Below are positions 6,665 through 13,708 of a stretch of 24,000 nt of DNA, piece by piece. This DNA comes from Luteibacter pinisoli. Lineage in GTDB: Bacteria; Pseudomonadota; Gammaproteobacteria; Xanthomonadales; Rhodanobacteraceae. Position numbers and translations under genes: made by a program. The stretch's first letter is position 1; each line of letters opens with the position of its first letter. A model generated the notes under the pieces. The model did not search any database. It was not told the origin of the DNA and was given only the letters and a program-made list of their open reading frames with translations. The stretch spans positions 4,402,186-4,426,185 of the forward strand of contig NZ_CP041046.1 of assembly GCF_006385595.1 (NCBI RefSeq), given 5' to 3'.

Positions 6665-7468
6665 TCACCAGCGGTAAGACACACCGCCATACACCTGGCG
6701 ATCCGGCGTCCCGTTGTTCAAGCCGATGTTTGCTCCAAGATCCACCTGCAAGCTCGGGCTGATGAGGTAGGTGAAGGCGATATCCGCCGACTCCTGCTTC
6801 ACCCGCCCCGCCGGGTCGTGGTTGTCCTGGCACCAGAACTCCACGGCCACCGAAAGCTTGCTCGTGAGCGGGTGGGCGACGTTGACGAGGTTGGTCAGCG
6901 CGAAGTGCCGGCCGTTGCCGTCGGCATCCGCCAGCGCATCGAACTCCGGGCCGACCGTGACGGTGAAGCCGCCGCCCACCGCCGCGCTCATGGGTACCGC
7001 CACGCCACCCTCCCACAGGCCGTTGCCGATGTCGTGCGACGCCGTGGGCGCCTTGACGAAGGGAATCAGCGAGGCACTGAACACGTCGCCTGCGTACAGC
7101 ACCGTTTTAAGGCGGAGGTAGACGTCGCCACTGCCTCGCGTCGTGTCGCGCTCACCATCGGCTTTGATGCGAATACGGACGGTCGGCGCCCAGTTCACCT
7201 CGATATCGGTGTGCGCGGTGAGGCCGTATTTCAGATACGGGTTCAGGACGTACAGCGTGTCGGTGCTGCTGCCCGGATGGGCATCGTGCGTGGCGTTACC
7301 GATATCGGTTTCCAGCTGCCACGCACCCTCGGGGACGGTGCACGTGGCGTTGGCTTTGGTGGGGCGGTCGGTGCAGATGGCCGGCGCGTCGTCGGCATGC
7401 GCATGGAAGGCCGGGGGAGCGGCAAGGAGGGCGAGCGGAAGCAGGATAAAGCGGCGGGTCATGGTCAT
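6665..7468 (-). CDS. outer-membrane beta-barrel channel, MetA-pathway-of-phenol-degradation/transporter family-like
   Basis: 267-aa ORF with a signal peptide (LLPLALLAAPPAFHAHA|DD) and an N-terminal DRPT motif. It shows an alternating beta-strand pattern and a C-terminal aromatic end, GGVSYRW. The family assignment is from memory (PF13557-like). Confidence 0.75.
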   Translation of the reverse strand: MTMTRRFILLPLALLAAPPAFHAHADDAPAICTDRPTKANATCTVPEGAWQLETDIGNATHDAHPGSSTDTLYVLNPYLKYGLTAHTDIEVNWAPTVRIRIKADGERDTTRGSGDVYLRLKTVLYAGDVFSASLIPFVKAPTASHDIGNGLWEGGVAVPMSAAVGGGFTVTVGPEFDALADADGNGRHFALTNLVNVAHPLTSKLSVAVEFWCQDNHDPAGRVKQESADIAFTYLISPSLQVDLGANIGLNNGTPDRQVYGGVSYRW

Positions 7469-7540
7469 GCCTGAGGATCAAGGATGACCACCCATGCTAT
7501 GCATGGGCGCCTATAGGCGGTGACGTATTTGCAGGCTTTG

Positions 7541-7558
7541 TATCAAGGCGATATCAAG
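7541..7558 (-). promoter_or_regulatory. 7-bp direct repeat with 11-bp phasing, candidate OmpR-family response-regulator site upstream of the OMP gene
   Basis: TATCAAG occurs at 7541-7547 and again at 7552-7558 (minus strand CTTGATA-N4-CTTGATA). It sits in a locally AT-rich patch 73-90 nt upstream of the OMP start (7468), immediately after the response-regulator stop (7566). Confidence 0.35.
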
Positions 7559-7565
7559 ATCGCGC

Positions 7566-8264
7566 TCAGGCCAGGCCTGCCAGCCGGTAGCCCACCTGCA
7601 GTTCCGTCACCAGGTGGCGCGGGCGTGCGGGCTCGCGCTCCAGCTTCTGTCGCAGGTTGGCCATGTACACGCGCACGTAGTGCGGTCGCGTGGCATAGCC
7701 CGGCCCCCAAACATCAAGCAACAGCTGCTTGTGGGTGAGCACCCTGCCCTGCCCGCGCACCAGCGAGGCGAGCAGGCGAAATTCGATCGGCGTGATGTGC
7801 ACGGCGCCGCCCGCTCGTGACACCTCGTGCGTGGCGAGATTGACCTCGACGTCGCCGAAGCTCACCCGCGCACTGGCCGTGCCCTTGTCACCGGCCAGGC
7901 TCGCGCGGCGCAGCTGGGCACGCACGCGGGCGACGAGTTCGGGCACCCCGAAGGGCTTGGCGAGGTAGTCGTCTGCGCCAGCTTCCAGCGCGGCCACCTT
8001 CTCCGCTTCGCTGTCGCACGCCGAGAGCACGATGATCGGGCACGACGACCAGCCGCGCACATCACGAATCACCGCCTTGCCGTCGTCATCAGGCAAGCCG
8101 AGATCAAGCACGATGAGCTCGGGCTGGCGGGTGGCCGCTTCGATCCGAGCGCGCTGCGCGTCGTCCGCTTCGAACACCGCCATGCCCTTGCGCTCCAGGG
8201 CGAGGCGGAGGAAGCGGCGGATATCGGATTCGTCTTCCACGACGAGGATGCGAGGGACGTTCAT
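7566..8264 (-). CDS. OmpR/PhoB-family response regulator, KdpE-like
   Basis: 232-aa ORF. The receiver has VVEDE..LDLGLPDDDG..LSACDSEAEKVAALEAGADDYLAKPF, followed by a winged-helix output (THEVSRAGGAVHITPIEFRLL...LVTELQVGYRL). Its ATG overlaps the kinase stop as ATGA (8264..8261). Confidence 0.9.
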   Translation of the reverse strand: MNVPRILVVEDESDIRRFLRLALERKGMAVFEADDAQRARIEAATRQPELIVLDLGLPDDDGKAVIRDVRGWSSCPIIVLSACDSEAEKVAALEAGADDYLAKPFGVPELVARVRAQLRRASLAGDKGTASARVSFGDVEVNLATHEVSRAGGAVHITPIEFRLLASLVRGQGRVLTHKQLLLDVWGPGYATRPHYVRVYMANLRQKLEREPARPRHLVTELQVGYRLAGLA

Positions 8265-9283
8265 GGCATCGGTTCCCGTTCGATGGCGGGCGGTTGGCCC
8301 CGCGGCAGGGTGAGGGTAAAGACGGCGCCCGAGGGGTAGCGCCGTGATGCGCTGATGGCGCCGCCATGTGCCTGCATGATGCGGCGCGCGAGCGACAACC
8401 CGAGGCCGACACCGGGCACCGTGGACTCCCGTTCGCCGCGCTCGAAGGCGGTGAACATCGTGGCCGGGTCGACGCCCGCGGGAAACCCCGGGCCGTCGTC
8501 TTCCACGTGCAGCCGGATGTGCGTGCCGTCGTACGCGCCGCGGATGCAGAGGGTCGCGTCCGATGGCGTGTACTTGCCCGCGTTGTCCAGCAGGTTGGCC
8601 AGCACGCGATCGAACATCACGGCATCGACATCGACCAGCGGCAAGTCCGGCGACAGCGCCAGCACGACATGCCGCTCACCCAGGCGCGCCTCCGCCAGCG
8701 CCACGCCGACCAGCTCATCCAGCGCATGCCATTGGCGGTCGAGCCGTGCGCCGCCGTCCTGCATGCGGGCGGTATCGAGCAGGTTGGCGATCTGCCGCTG
8801 CATGCTGTCTGCCTGCGCGGCGATGGCGCGGGGGAGCTCGCCATCACCCATCACACCAGCCATCCCGCGGATGGCGGCCAGCGGCGTGCGCAGGTCGTGG
8901 GAGACGGAGGCCAGCAGGGCGTTGCGCAGTTTCTCGCCTTCGATACGCACGGCGGCACGCCGGGTCCGCTCGCGCAGCTCGGCCATGAGGTGGCCGGTGA
9001 CCAGCGCCACGGCCAGCATCAACACGAAGGTGAAGAGGTACTGCGTGTCCGAGACGTGGAACGACCACACCGGCGGCACGAAGAAGAAATCGAGACACCC
9101 CACGCTGAGCAGCGCCGAGAGCGCACCCGCACCACGCCCCCAGTACAGTGCGGCGATGACGACGTTCATCAGAAACACCATCACCACGTTGGTCACGTCG
9201 AACACGCGCAAGAGCTGTGAGGCGACCAGCGTAGTGATCACGCAGCCGGCGAGGACGTAGAGCGCTATCCGGGTGGTCTGCAT
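8261..9283 (-). CDS. sensor histidine kinase resembling the C-terminal half of KdpD (DUF4118-type membrane domain, HisKA, HATPase_c)
   Basis: 340-aa ORF with about 4 N-terminal TM helices and no sizeable periplasmic loop. It has an H-box SHDLRTPL, an N-box LLDNAGKYTP, G1 DDGPGF and G2 GVGLGLSLA. It lacks the KdpD N-terminal sensor and Usp domains. No kdpFABC genes are in the window. Confidence 0.85.
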   Translation of the reverse strand: MQTTRIALYVLAGCVITTLVASQLLRVFDVTNVVMVFLMNVVIAALYWGRGAGALSALLSVGCLDFFFVPPVWSFHVSDTQYLFTFVLMLAVALVTGHLMAELRERTRRAAVRIEGEKLRNALLASVSHDLRTPLAAIRGMAGVMGDGELPRAIAAQADSMQRQIANLLDTARMQDGGARLDRQWHALDELVGVALAEARLGERHVVLALSPDLPLVDVDAVMFDRVLANLLDNAGKYTPSDATLCIRGAYDGTHIRLHVEDDGPGFPAGVDPATMFTAFERGERESTVPGVGLGLSLARRIMQAHGGAISASRRYPSGAVFTLTLPRGQPPAIEREPMP

Positions 9284-9306
9284 GCGCGGTACGGCAAGGG
9301 TGCGAC

Positions 9307-9744
9307 TCAGGCGGCCATGCGCCGCTGCTGGGCGATGTAGCGCAGCCCCACCGAGAGCGCCATGCCGTAGCCGGCGTTGCGATCGCCCGGGACGGTGATG
9401 CTCACCACCGAGGCGTGGCCGGGCGCGATACGTGCCAGGTCACCTTCGCGGCTGTCGTCGTGCACTTCGATGACGGGCACCTTGCACGCGTTCAGCGCGT
9501 GGCGCAGCGGCTCGATATCCGGGGCGGCGATGGCGTCGGCATCGATGTCCAGCAGGATGAGGTCCGCCGCGGCGTCACCCTGGCAGCTGAGGCAGCGGAT
9601 GACGTCGCCCATATCGTCGCAAGGGCGCCACAGGAGGTCTTCGCCTTCGGCCTGCGCGCGGTCCCACAAGGTCATCATCGTGCTGTTGGCCACCGGCGGA
9701 AGGGGGTTGGCGAGCATCGGGGCGACGACAAGGAGGATGGACAT
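9307..9744 (-). CDS. hypothetical flavodoxin-like-fold protein, degenerate type II 3-dehydroquinase (AroQ)-like
   Basis: 145-aa ORF, 23 nt upstream of the kinase gene on the same strand. The segments ILLVV, LILLDID, KVPVIEVH and GYGMALSVGLRYI have the order and spacing I recall for AroQ (IxVxNGPN, ILNxG, PxIEVHISN, GYxLALxYL). The NGPNLN, NxGxxTH and HxSN catalytic motifs are absent. A pseudo-receiver fold is an alternative. Confidence 0.6.
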   Translation of the reverse strand: MSILLVVAPMLANPLPPVANSTMMTLWDRAQAEGEDLLWRPCDDMGDVIRCLSCQGDAAADLILLDIDADAIAAPDIEPLRHALNACKVPVIEVHDDSREGDLARIAPGHASVVSITVPGDRNAGYGMALSVGLRYIAQQRRMAA

Positions 9745-9905
9745 GGACGGACCTGGGTAATGGCGACATGCAAAGGATCGGCCGACGGCCGTAAAAAGGG
9801 TTATGCGCGACGAGCCACGGGCGTAAAGAACGCATAAAGGCGTGCGGCACGAGGCCGGTATGCGATGATCGCCGGCGCCCTCTTCCTTGCCTGAGACCTT
9901 CAGCC

Positions 9906-11090
9906 ATGTCCCGTGCCGACCAGCCTCCGCCGGGTCGCAATCTCTATATCGACATGATGCGCGGGGTCGCCATCGTGTTGGTGATGCTGCTGCATTACTG
10001 CCTGTCGTACCGGCTGCAGACCAGCCCGCTGCGGGACTGGTTCTCGGTGGATACGCTGCGGACCGTTTTCTACAACGGCAATTACGGCGTCTCCATCTTC
10101 TTCGTGATCTCGGGCTTCCTGATCACGAACAATATAGTTGCGCGGTATGGCTCGCTGGGCGGCGTGGACGTCGGGCATTTCTACAAGCTGCGTTTCTTCC
10201 GCCTTTACCCGCTGGTGGTGCTGGCCCTCGTGGTCATTACAATCCTCGGGCTGGCGGGCATGTCGCACTTCTCCAACCACGCCGATGGCGTGGATTTCGG
10301 TAACGGTTATTTCTTCATCGCGAACCTTTCGGTGCTGACGTTCTGGCACAACCTCCTCATGGAGGCGAAGGGCTACTTCAACTACGCGATGAACATCTAC
10401 TGGTCGCTGTCGGTGGAGGAGGTGTTCTATCTGCTGTACCCGCTGGTGCTTCTGTTCGTGCGGCGGCGTTGGCAGCTGATCGGCCTTGCCGTAGTGAGCG
10501 TGGTGGTGGCGCCGGTCTATCGCTTTATCCATAACGATGACGAGCTGTTCTATCTCTACGGGAATCTCGCCTGCGTCGATATGCTGACGTTTGGTTGCGT
10601 GGCGGCCATGGTGGCGCGCGACCTTCGGCTGTCGAACATGGCCCGGCGGGTGCTGGGCGTGTTCGCCTGCATCGGCATCGCCTGCATCTACATGCAGGGC
10701 ATCGGTGGCAACGAGGCGCTCGGCGCCACCTTCCTCGGCCTCTCGACGGCGCTGTTCCTCATCGCAGTAGCGGGACTCGAAGCCGGCGCCATCGCCCGCA
10801 CGCTGGGCCGCCCGCTGGCATGGCTCGGGTCGCACAGCTACGAGCTGTATCTGTTCCACATCGTGGTGCTCGGCATCACGGTCGACCTGATCCCGCGCGC
10901 CGATATGCCCGTTGAAAGCAAGCTGCCCATGCTGGCCGTGTTCTTCGGGCTCTCCGCCCTGCTCGCCTGGGCTATCGCCCGGTGGATCGGCGATCCGTTG
11001 AACCGCGCGCTGCGGCGCCGCTATGCCTCTACGCGAGCGAGCCACTCGGGTGCAGTCGCGACGCCCGGCGCCGCCGACGGAATAGGATAA
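9906..11090 (+). CDS. acyltransferase family 3 (OafA/YrhL-like) integral membrane protein
   Basis: 394-aa polytopic ORF. The N-terminal YIDMMRGVAIVLVMLLH and later FFVISGFLIT and SYELYLFH motifs are typical of acyltransferase_3. Confidence 0.85.
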   Translation: MSRADQPPPGRNLYIDMMRGVAIVLVMLLHYCLSYRLQTSPLRDWFSVDTLRTVFYNGNYGVSIFFVISGFLITNNIVARYGSLGGVDVGHFYKLRFFRLYPLVVLALVVITILGLAGMSHFSNHADGVDFGNGYFFIANLSVLTFWHNLLMEAKGYFNYAMNIYWSLSVEEVFYLLYPLVLLFVRRRWQLIGLAVVSVVVAPVYRFIHNDDELFYLYGNLACVDMLTFGCVAAMVARDLRLSNMARRVLGVFACIGIACIYMQGIGGNEALGATFLGLSTALFLIAVAGLEAGAIARTLGRPLAWLGSHSYELYLFHIVVLGITVDLIPRADMPVESKLPMLAVFFGLSALLAWAIARWIGDPLNRALRRRYASTRASHSGAVATPGAADGIG

Positions 11091-11182
11091 GTTTCGACAA
11101 TCCGACCCCATCCGGCGCAAGTATTGGCTTAACCGCCGTGCCGAGAATGCGGCACTCTTCTCCGCATGGCGGTGTTTCGAGA

Positions 11183-11590
11183 ATGCGTGACGTGAAGCTC
11201 GCGGCCGGCTTGTTCGTGGTGACGTGCCTTGTTGCCGGGGCTGTCTCGGGCTCGGCGCCGCCCACGCCGGATGACGGCTTCCATGCGCTCACCGACCGGG
11301 CCATGGAAACCATGATGACCGGCATGGACGTGAAGGCCACGGGTAACGTGGACCACGACTTCGTCGCGATGATGGTGGCGCACCACCAGGGGGCCATCGA
11401 CATGGCCGTGGCGGAACTCAAGTACGGCCACGATGAACACCTGAAGCGCATCGCCCAGGAAATCATCGTCGACCAGCAGCAGGAAATCGCGGCGATGCGC
11501 CTGGCCCTCGGCCAGCCCTTGCCGCCTTCCGCGCCCGCACCCACGACCGCCACCGCGCCGCGCGCACACGCCGGCAAGGAATCCCCGTGA
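11183..11590 (+). CDS. DUF305 (CopM-like) periplasmic Met/His-rich metal-binding protein
   Basis: The track ORF starts at 10982 but overlaps the acyltransferase. The internal ATG 11183 gives a signal peptide (MRDVKLAAGLFVVTCLVAGAVSGSA). The DUF305 core is DHDFVAMMVAHHQGAIDMA..AQEIIVDQQQEIAAM. ATG 11147 is an alternative start. Confidence 0.75.
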   Translation: MRDVKLAAGLFVVTCLVAGAVSGSAPPTPDDGFHALTDRAMETMMTGMDVKATGNVDHDFVAMMVAHHQGAIDMAVAELKYGHDEHLKRIAQEIIVDQQQEIAAMRLALGQPLPPSAPAPTTATAPRAHAGKESP

Positions 11591-13008
11591 ACATCGTCAC
11601 CCGACTCGCCCTGGCTCTTGTCCTGCTGCCCGCTACCGCCATGGCGCAACAGGCACCCTGGGGCAAACCGGATCAGCCGATCACCCACGCTGACCGCGTC
11701 TATGCGGCCGAGCAGTTCTCCAACACGGTGTCGGTCACGGACCCGGTCGACAACAAGCTGCTTGGGGTCATCCGGCTGGGCGAACCGCAGCCGATGAACT
11801 TTGCCCCGCTCTACAAAGGCCAGGTGCTTACCCACGGCATGGGCTTCTCGCCGGATGGCAAAACTCTCGCCATCGTGTCGATCGGCTCCAATGGCGTGAG
11901 CTTCGTCGATACCGCGACCAATACGGTGAAGCACACCACGTATGTCGGACGCTCCCCACACGAAGCCTTCTTCACACCCGACGGCACGGCGGTGTGGGTG
12001 ACGGTGCGCGGCGAGGACTATGTCTCGGTGCTGGATACGAAGACGTATGAGGAAGTCGCGCGGGTAAAGACTCCCGGCGGCCCGGGCATGACGATCTTCT
12101 CCCCCGACGGCAAGTACGCGTACATCTGCTCCTCGTTCAATCCGATCACGGTGGTCATTGAAGTCGCCAGCCGCACCCAGGTCGGTGAGGTGAAGCAGCC
12201 AAGCCCGTTCTGCCCGAACATTGCGGTGACGCCCGATGGCAAGCAGGTGTGGTTCACGCAGAAGGACACCGGCAAGCTCGTGGCTTTTTCCGCGTTGCCG
12301 CCCTTCACCGTCCTGAAGACGATGGACATGGGCCCGATTGCGAATCACGTGAACTTCGCCAACGTAAAGGGCAAGACATATGCCTACGTCACGATTGGTG
12401 GCCTGAGCCAGGTAAAGGTGCTGCGCGTCGCTGACTACAGCACCGTGGCCACCATCCCTGTCGGCGCGATGCCGCACGGCGTGTGGCCTTCCTCCGATGG
12501 GTCGCGCGTCTACGTGGGCCTGGAGAACGACGACAAGCTCGCCGTGATCGATACGGGCACGAACAAGGTCATCGCCACCATCCCCATCGGCCAGGCACCG
12601 CAGGCACTGGCGTTTGTATCCGGCGCCGCGGCCAGTCCGGACGCCGACGCGAAGCTCGCCCAGCTGGGTATCGCCGGTAACACCTATTCACTGGTGCTCC
12701 GCGATGGCACGGGTGAGCGCACGCACGTCACCCTGTTCGACCAGGGCCTGGTGCAGGTGCTGCAGGCGGCCGTGACGGGGCTGGAACCGAAGAAGCCTTA
12801 CTTCGTGGCGCTGGCGGATGCCCCGACCGGCGGCAACCTCCAGCCGCTGGCCCGCTTCATGAGCAATCCGGCGGGCGCGGCTATCGTCAATGCGTCCGGC
12901 CCGATCCGCCAGCTGGTCGATACGCCCGCTTCAACGGCGCGGCGTTACCTGGTCATCACCGACTCGGCCGGCGACGCGCCGGGCAAGGTGCTGCAGCACC
13001 AGCCCTAG
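11587..13008 (+). CDS. secreted YVTN/YncE-type beta-propeller repeat protein with a ~120-aa C-terminal extra domain
   Basis: 473-aa ORF whose GTG start overlaps the DUF305 stop as GTGA. It has a signal peptide (LALALVLLPATAMA|QQ). Repeated ~40-aa units carry SPDGK/TPDGT/SSDGS plus V..D motifs (FSPDGKTLAIVS, FTPDGTAVWVT, FSPDGKYAYIC, VTPDGKQVWFT, PSSDGSRVYVG). The C-terminal region after about residue 350 is not propeller-like. Confidence 0.85.
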   Translation: MNIVTRLALALVLLPATAMAQQAPWGKPDQPITHADRVYAAEQFSNTVSVTDPVDNKLLGVIRLGEPQPMNFAPLYKGQVLTHGMGFSPDGKTLAIVSIGSNGVSFVDTATNTVKHTTYVGRSPHEAFFTPDGTAVWVTVRGEDYVSVLDTKTYEEVARVKTPGGPGMTIFSPDGKYAYICSSFNPITVVIEVASRTQVGEVKQPSPFCPNIAVTPDGKQVWFTQKDTGKLVAFSALPPFTVLKTMDMGPIANHVNFANVKGKTYAYVTIGGLSQVKVLRVADYSTVATIPVGAMPHGVWPSSDGSRVYVGLENDDKLAVIDTGTNKVIATIPIGQAPQALAFVSGAAASPDADAKLAQLGIAGNTYSLVLRDGTGERTHVTLFDQGLVQVLQAAVTGLEPKKPYFVALADAPTGGNLQPLARFMSNPAGAAIVNASGPIRQLVDTPASTARRYLVITDSAGDAPGKVLQHQP

Positions 13009-13017
13009 CACCAGCGC

Positions 13018-13650
13018 TTACGACCTCAAGCGCGCCAGCCGCGCGCGGGCGCCGTCGAGCAGCAGTTGCATGCCGTCTTCGAAGGCGTTGTCGTGGCCAT
13101 GCGCGTGATAGTGGCACACGGCCTCCGCGGTGAGCGGGAACGGTGCGGCGGCTTCGACGAGTGCGCTGTCGTCCACGCGCTGCGCTTCCGCCTGTTCCTC
13201 CAGCACGCAACCGACCGTGTAGCGGCTGCAGGCCACCAGCACGTCGAGCGCCGTGCCCGCGCTGAAGCCGGCACCCACCAGCAAGGCGAGTTGTCGCTCC
13301 ACTACCGCGACGTCACCCGGGTCGGCATGTGTGCCGGCGTGGACGCGCGCACCGTCGCGGCGGCTGAGCAGCGCGGCACGGAAGCTGCGCGTGTTGCGCA
13401 GGAGGAACGCATCCCAGGCTTCACCCGCACGAGGCTCACGCTCGACACGGCTTCGCATCAGCCCGTTGTTCATCGCATCGAGCAAGGCCTGGCGATTGGT
13501 GAAGTGCCAGTACAACGCCGGCTGCTTCACCCCCATGCGCTCCGCGATCAGCCGGGTGGATAGCCCGTCGAGGCCCACCTCGTCGAGCAAATCAAGGGCC
13601 GTCTCGACGATCTGGGCCGGGTCCAGCCGGGTGCCTGCCTTGCGCGCCAC
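13018..13650 (-). CDS. tetR: tetracycline-repressor-type TetR family regulator
   Basis: 210-aa ORF with a GTG start. The HTH LSTRLIAERMGVKQPALYWHFTNRQALLDAM and the C-terminal segments FLLRNTRSFRAALLSRRDGARVHAGT and YTVGCVLEEQ parallel TetR(B) as I recall it ([67 protein letters not shown]). It is divergent from a TetA-like pump. Confidence 0.85.
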   Translation of the reverse strand: MARKAGTRLDPAQIVETALDLLDEVGLDGLSTRLIAERMGVKQPALYWHFTNRQALLDAMNNGLMRSRVEREPRAGEAWDAFLLRNTRSFRAALLSRRDGARVHAGTHADPGDVAVVERQLALLVGAGFSAGTALDVLVACSRYTVGCVLEEQAEAQRVDDSALVEAAAPFPLTAEAVCHYHAHGHDNAFEDGMQLLLDGARARLARLRS

Positions 13651-13652
13651 TA

Positions 13653-13687
13653 TTTATCACCTATAAACTATGCCTTATCATCGATAA
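13653..13687. promoter_or_regulatory. two tetO-like imperfect palindromes in the 58-bp tetR/tetA divergent promoter region
   Basis: TTTATCACCTATAAA lies at 13653-13667 and TTATCATCGATAA at 13675-13687. Both contain TTATCA, 21 bp apart, resembling the tetO half-site TATCA..TGATA. This is the only strongly AT-rich patch in the neighbourhood. Confidence 0.55.
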
Positions 13688-13708
13688 ATTACCACGATTC
13701 ACCCGCGC

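Noticed and set aside
7566-9283. Naming the two-component genes kdpD/kdpE
   Set aside because: The similarity is to the KdpD C-terminal half and to KdpE-like motifs only. The KdpD sensor domains and kdpFABC are absent from the window, so gene symbols would over-interpret.
9900-11120. 406-aa minus-strand ORF
   Set aside because: It is antisense to the acyltransferase-3 membrane protein. The translation is hydrophilic, His/Arg/Gln/Glu-rich and motif-free.
11029-12477. 482-aa minus-strand ORF
   Set aside because: It is antisense to the DUF305 and beta-propeller genes, which have signal peptides, repeat structure and start/stop coupling. There is no domain signal in the antisense product.
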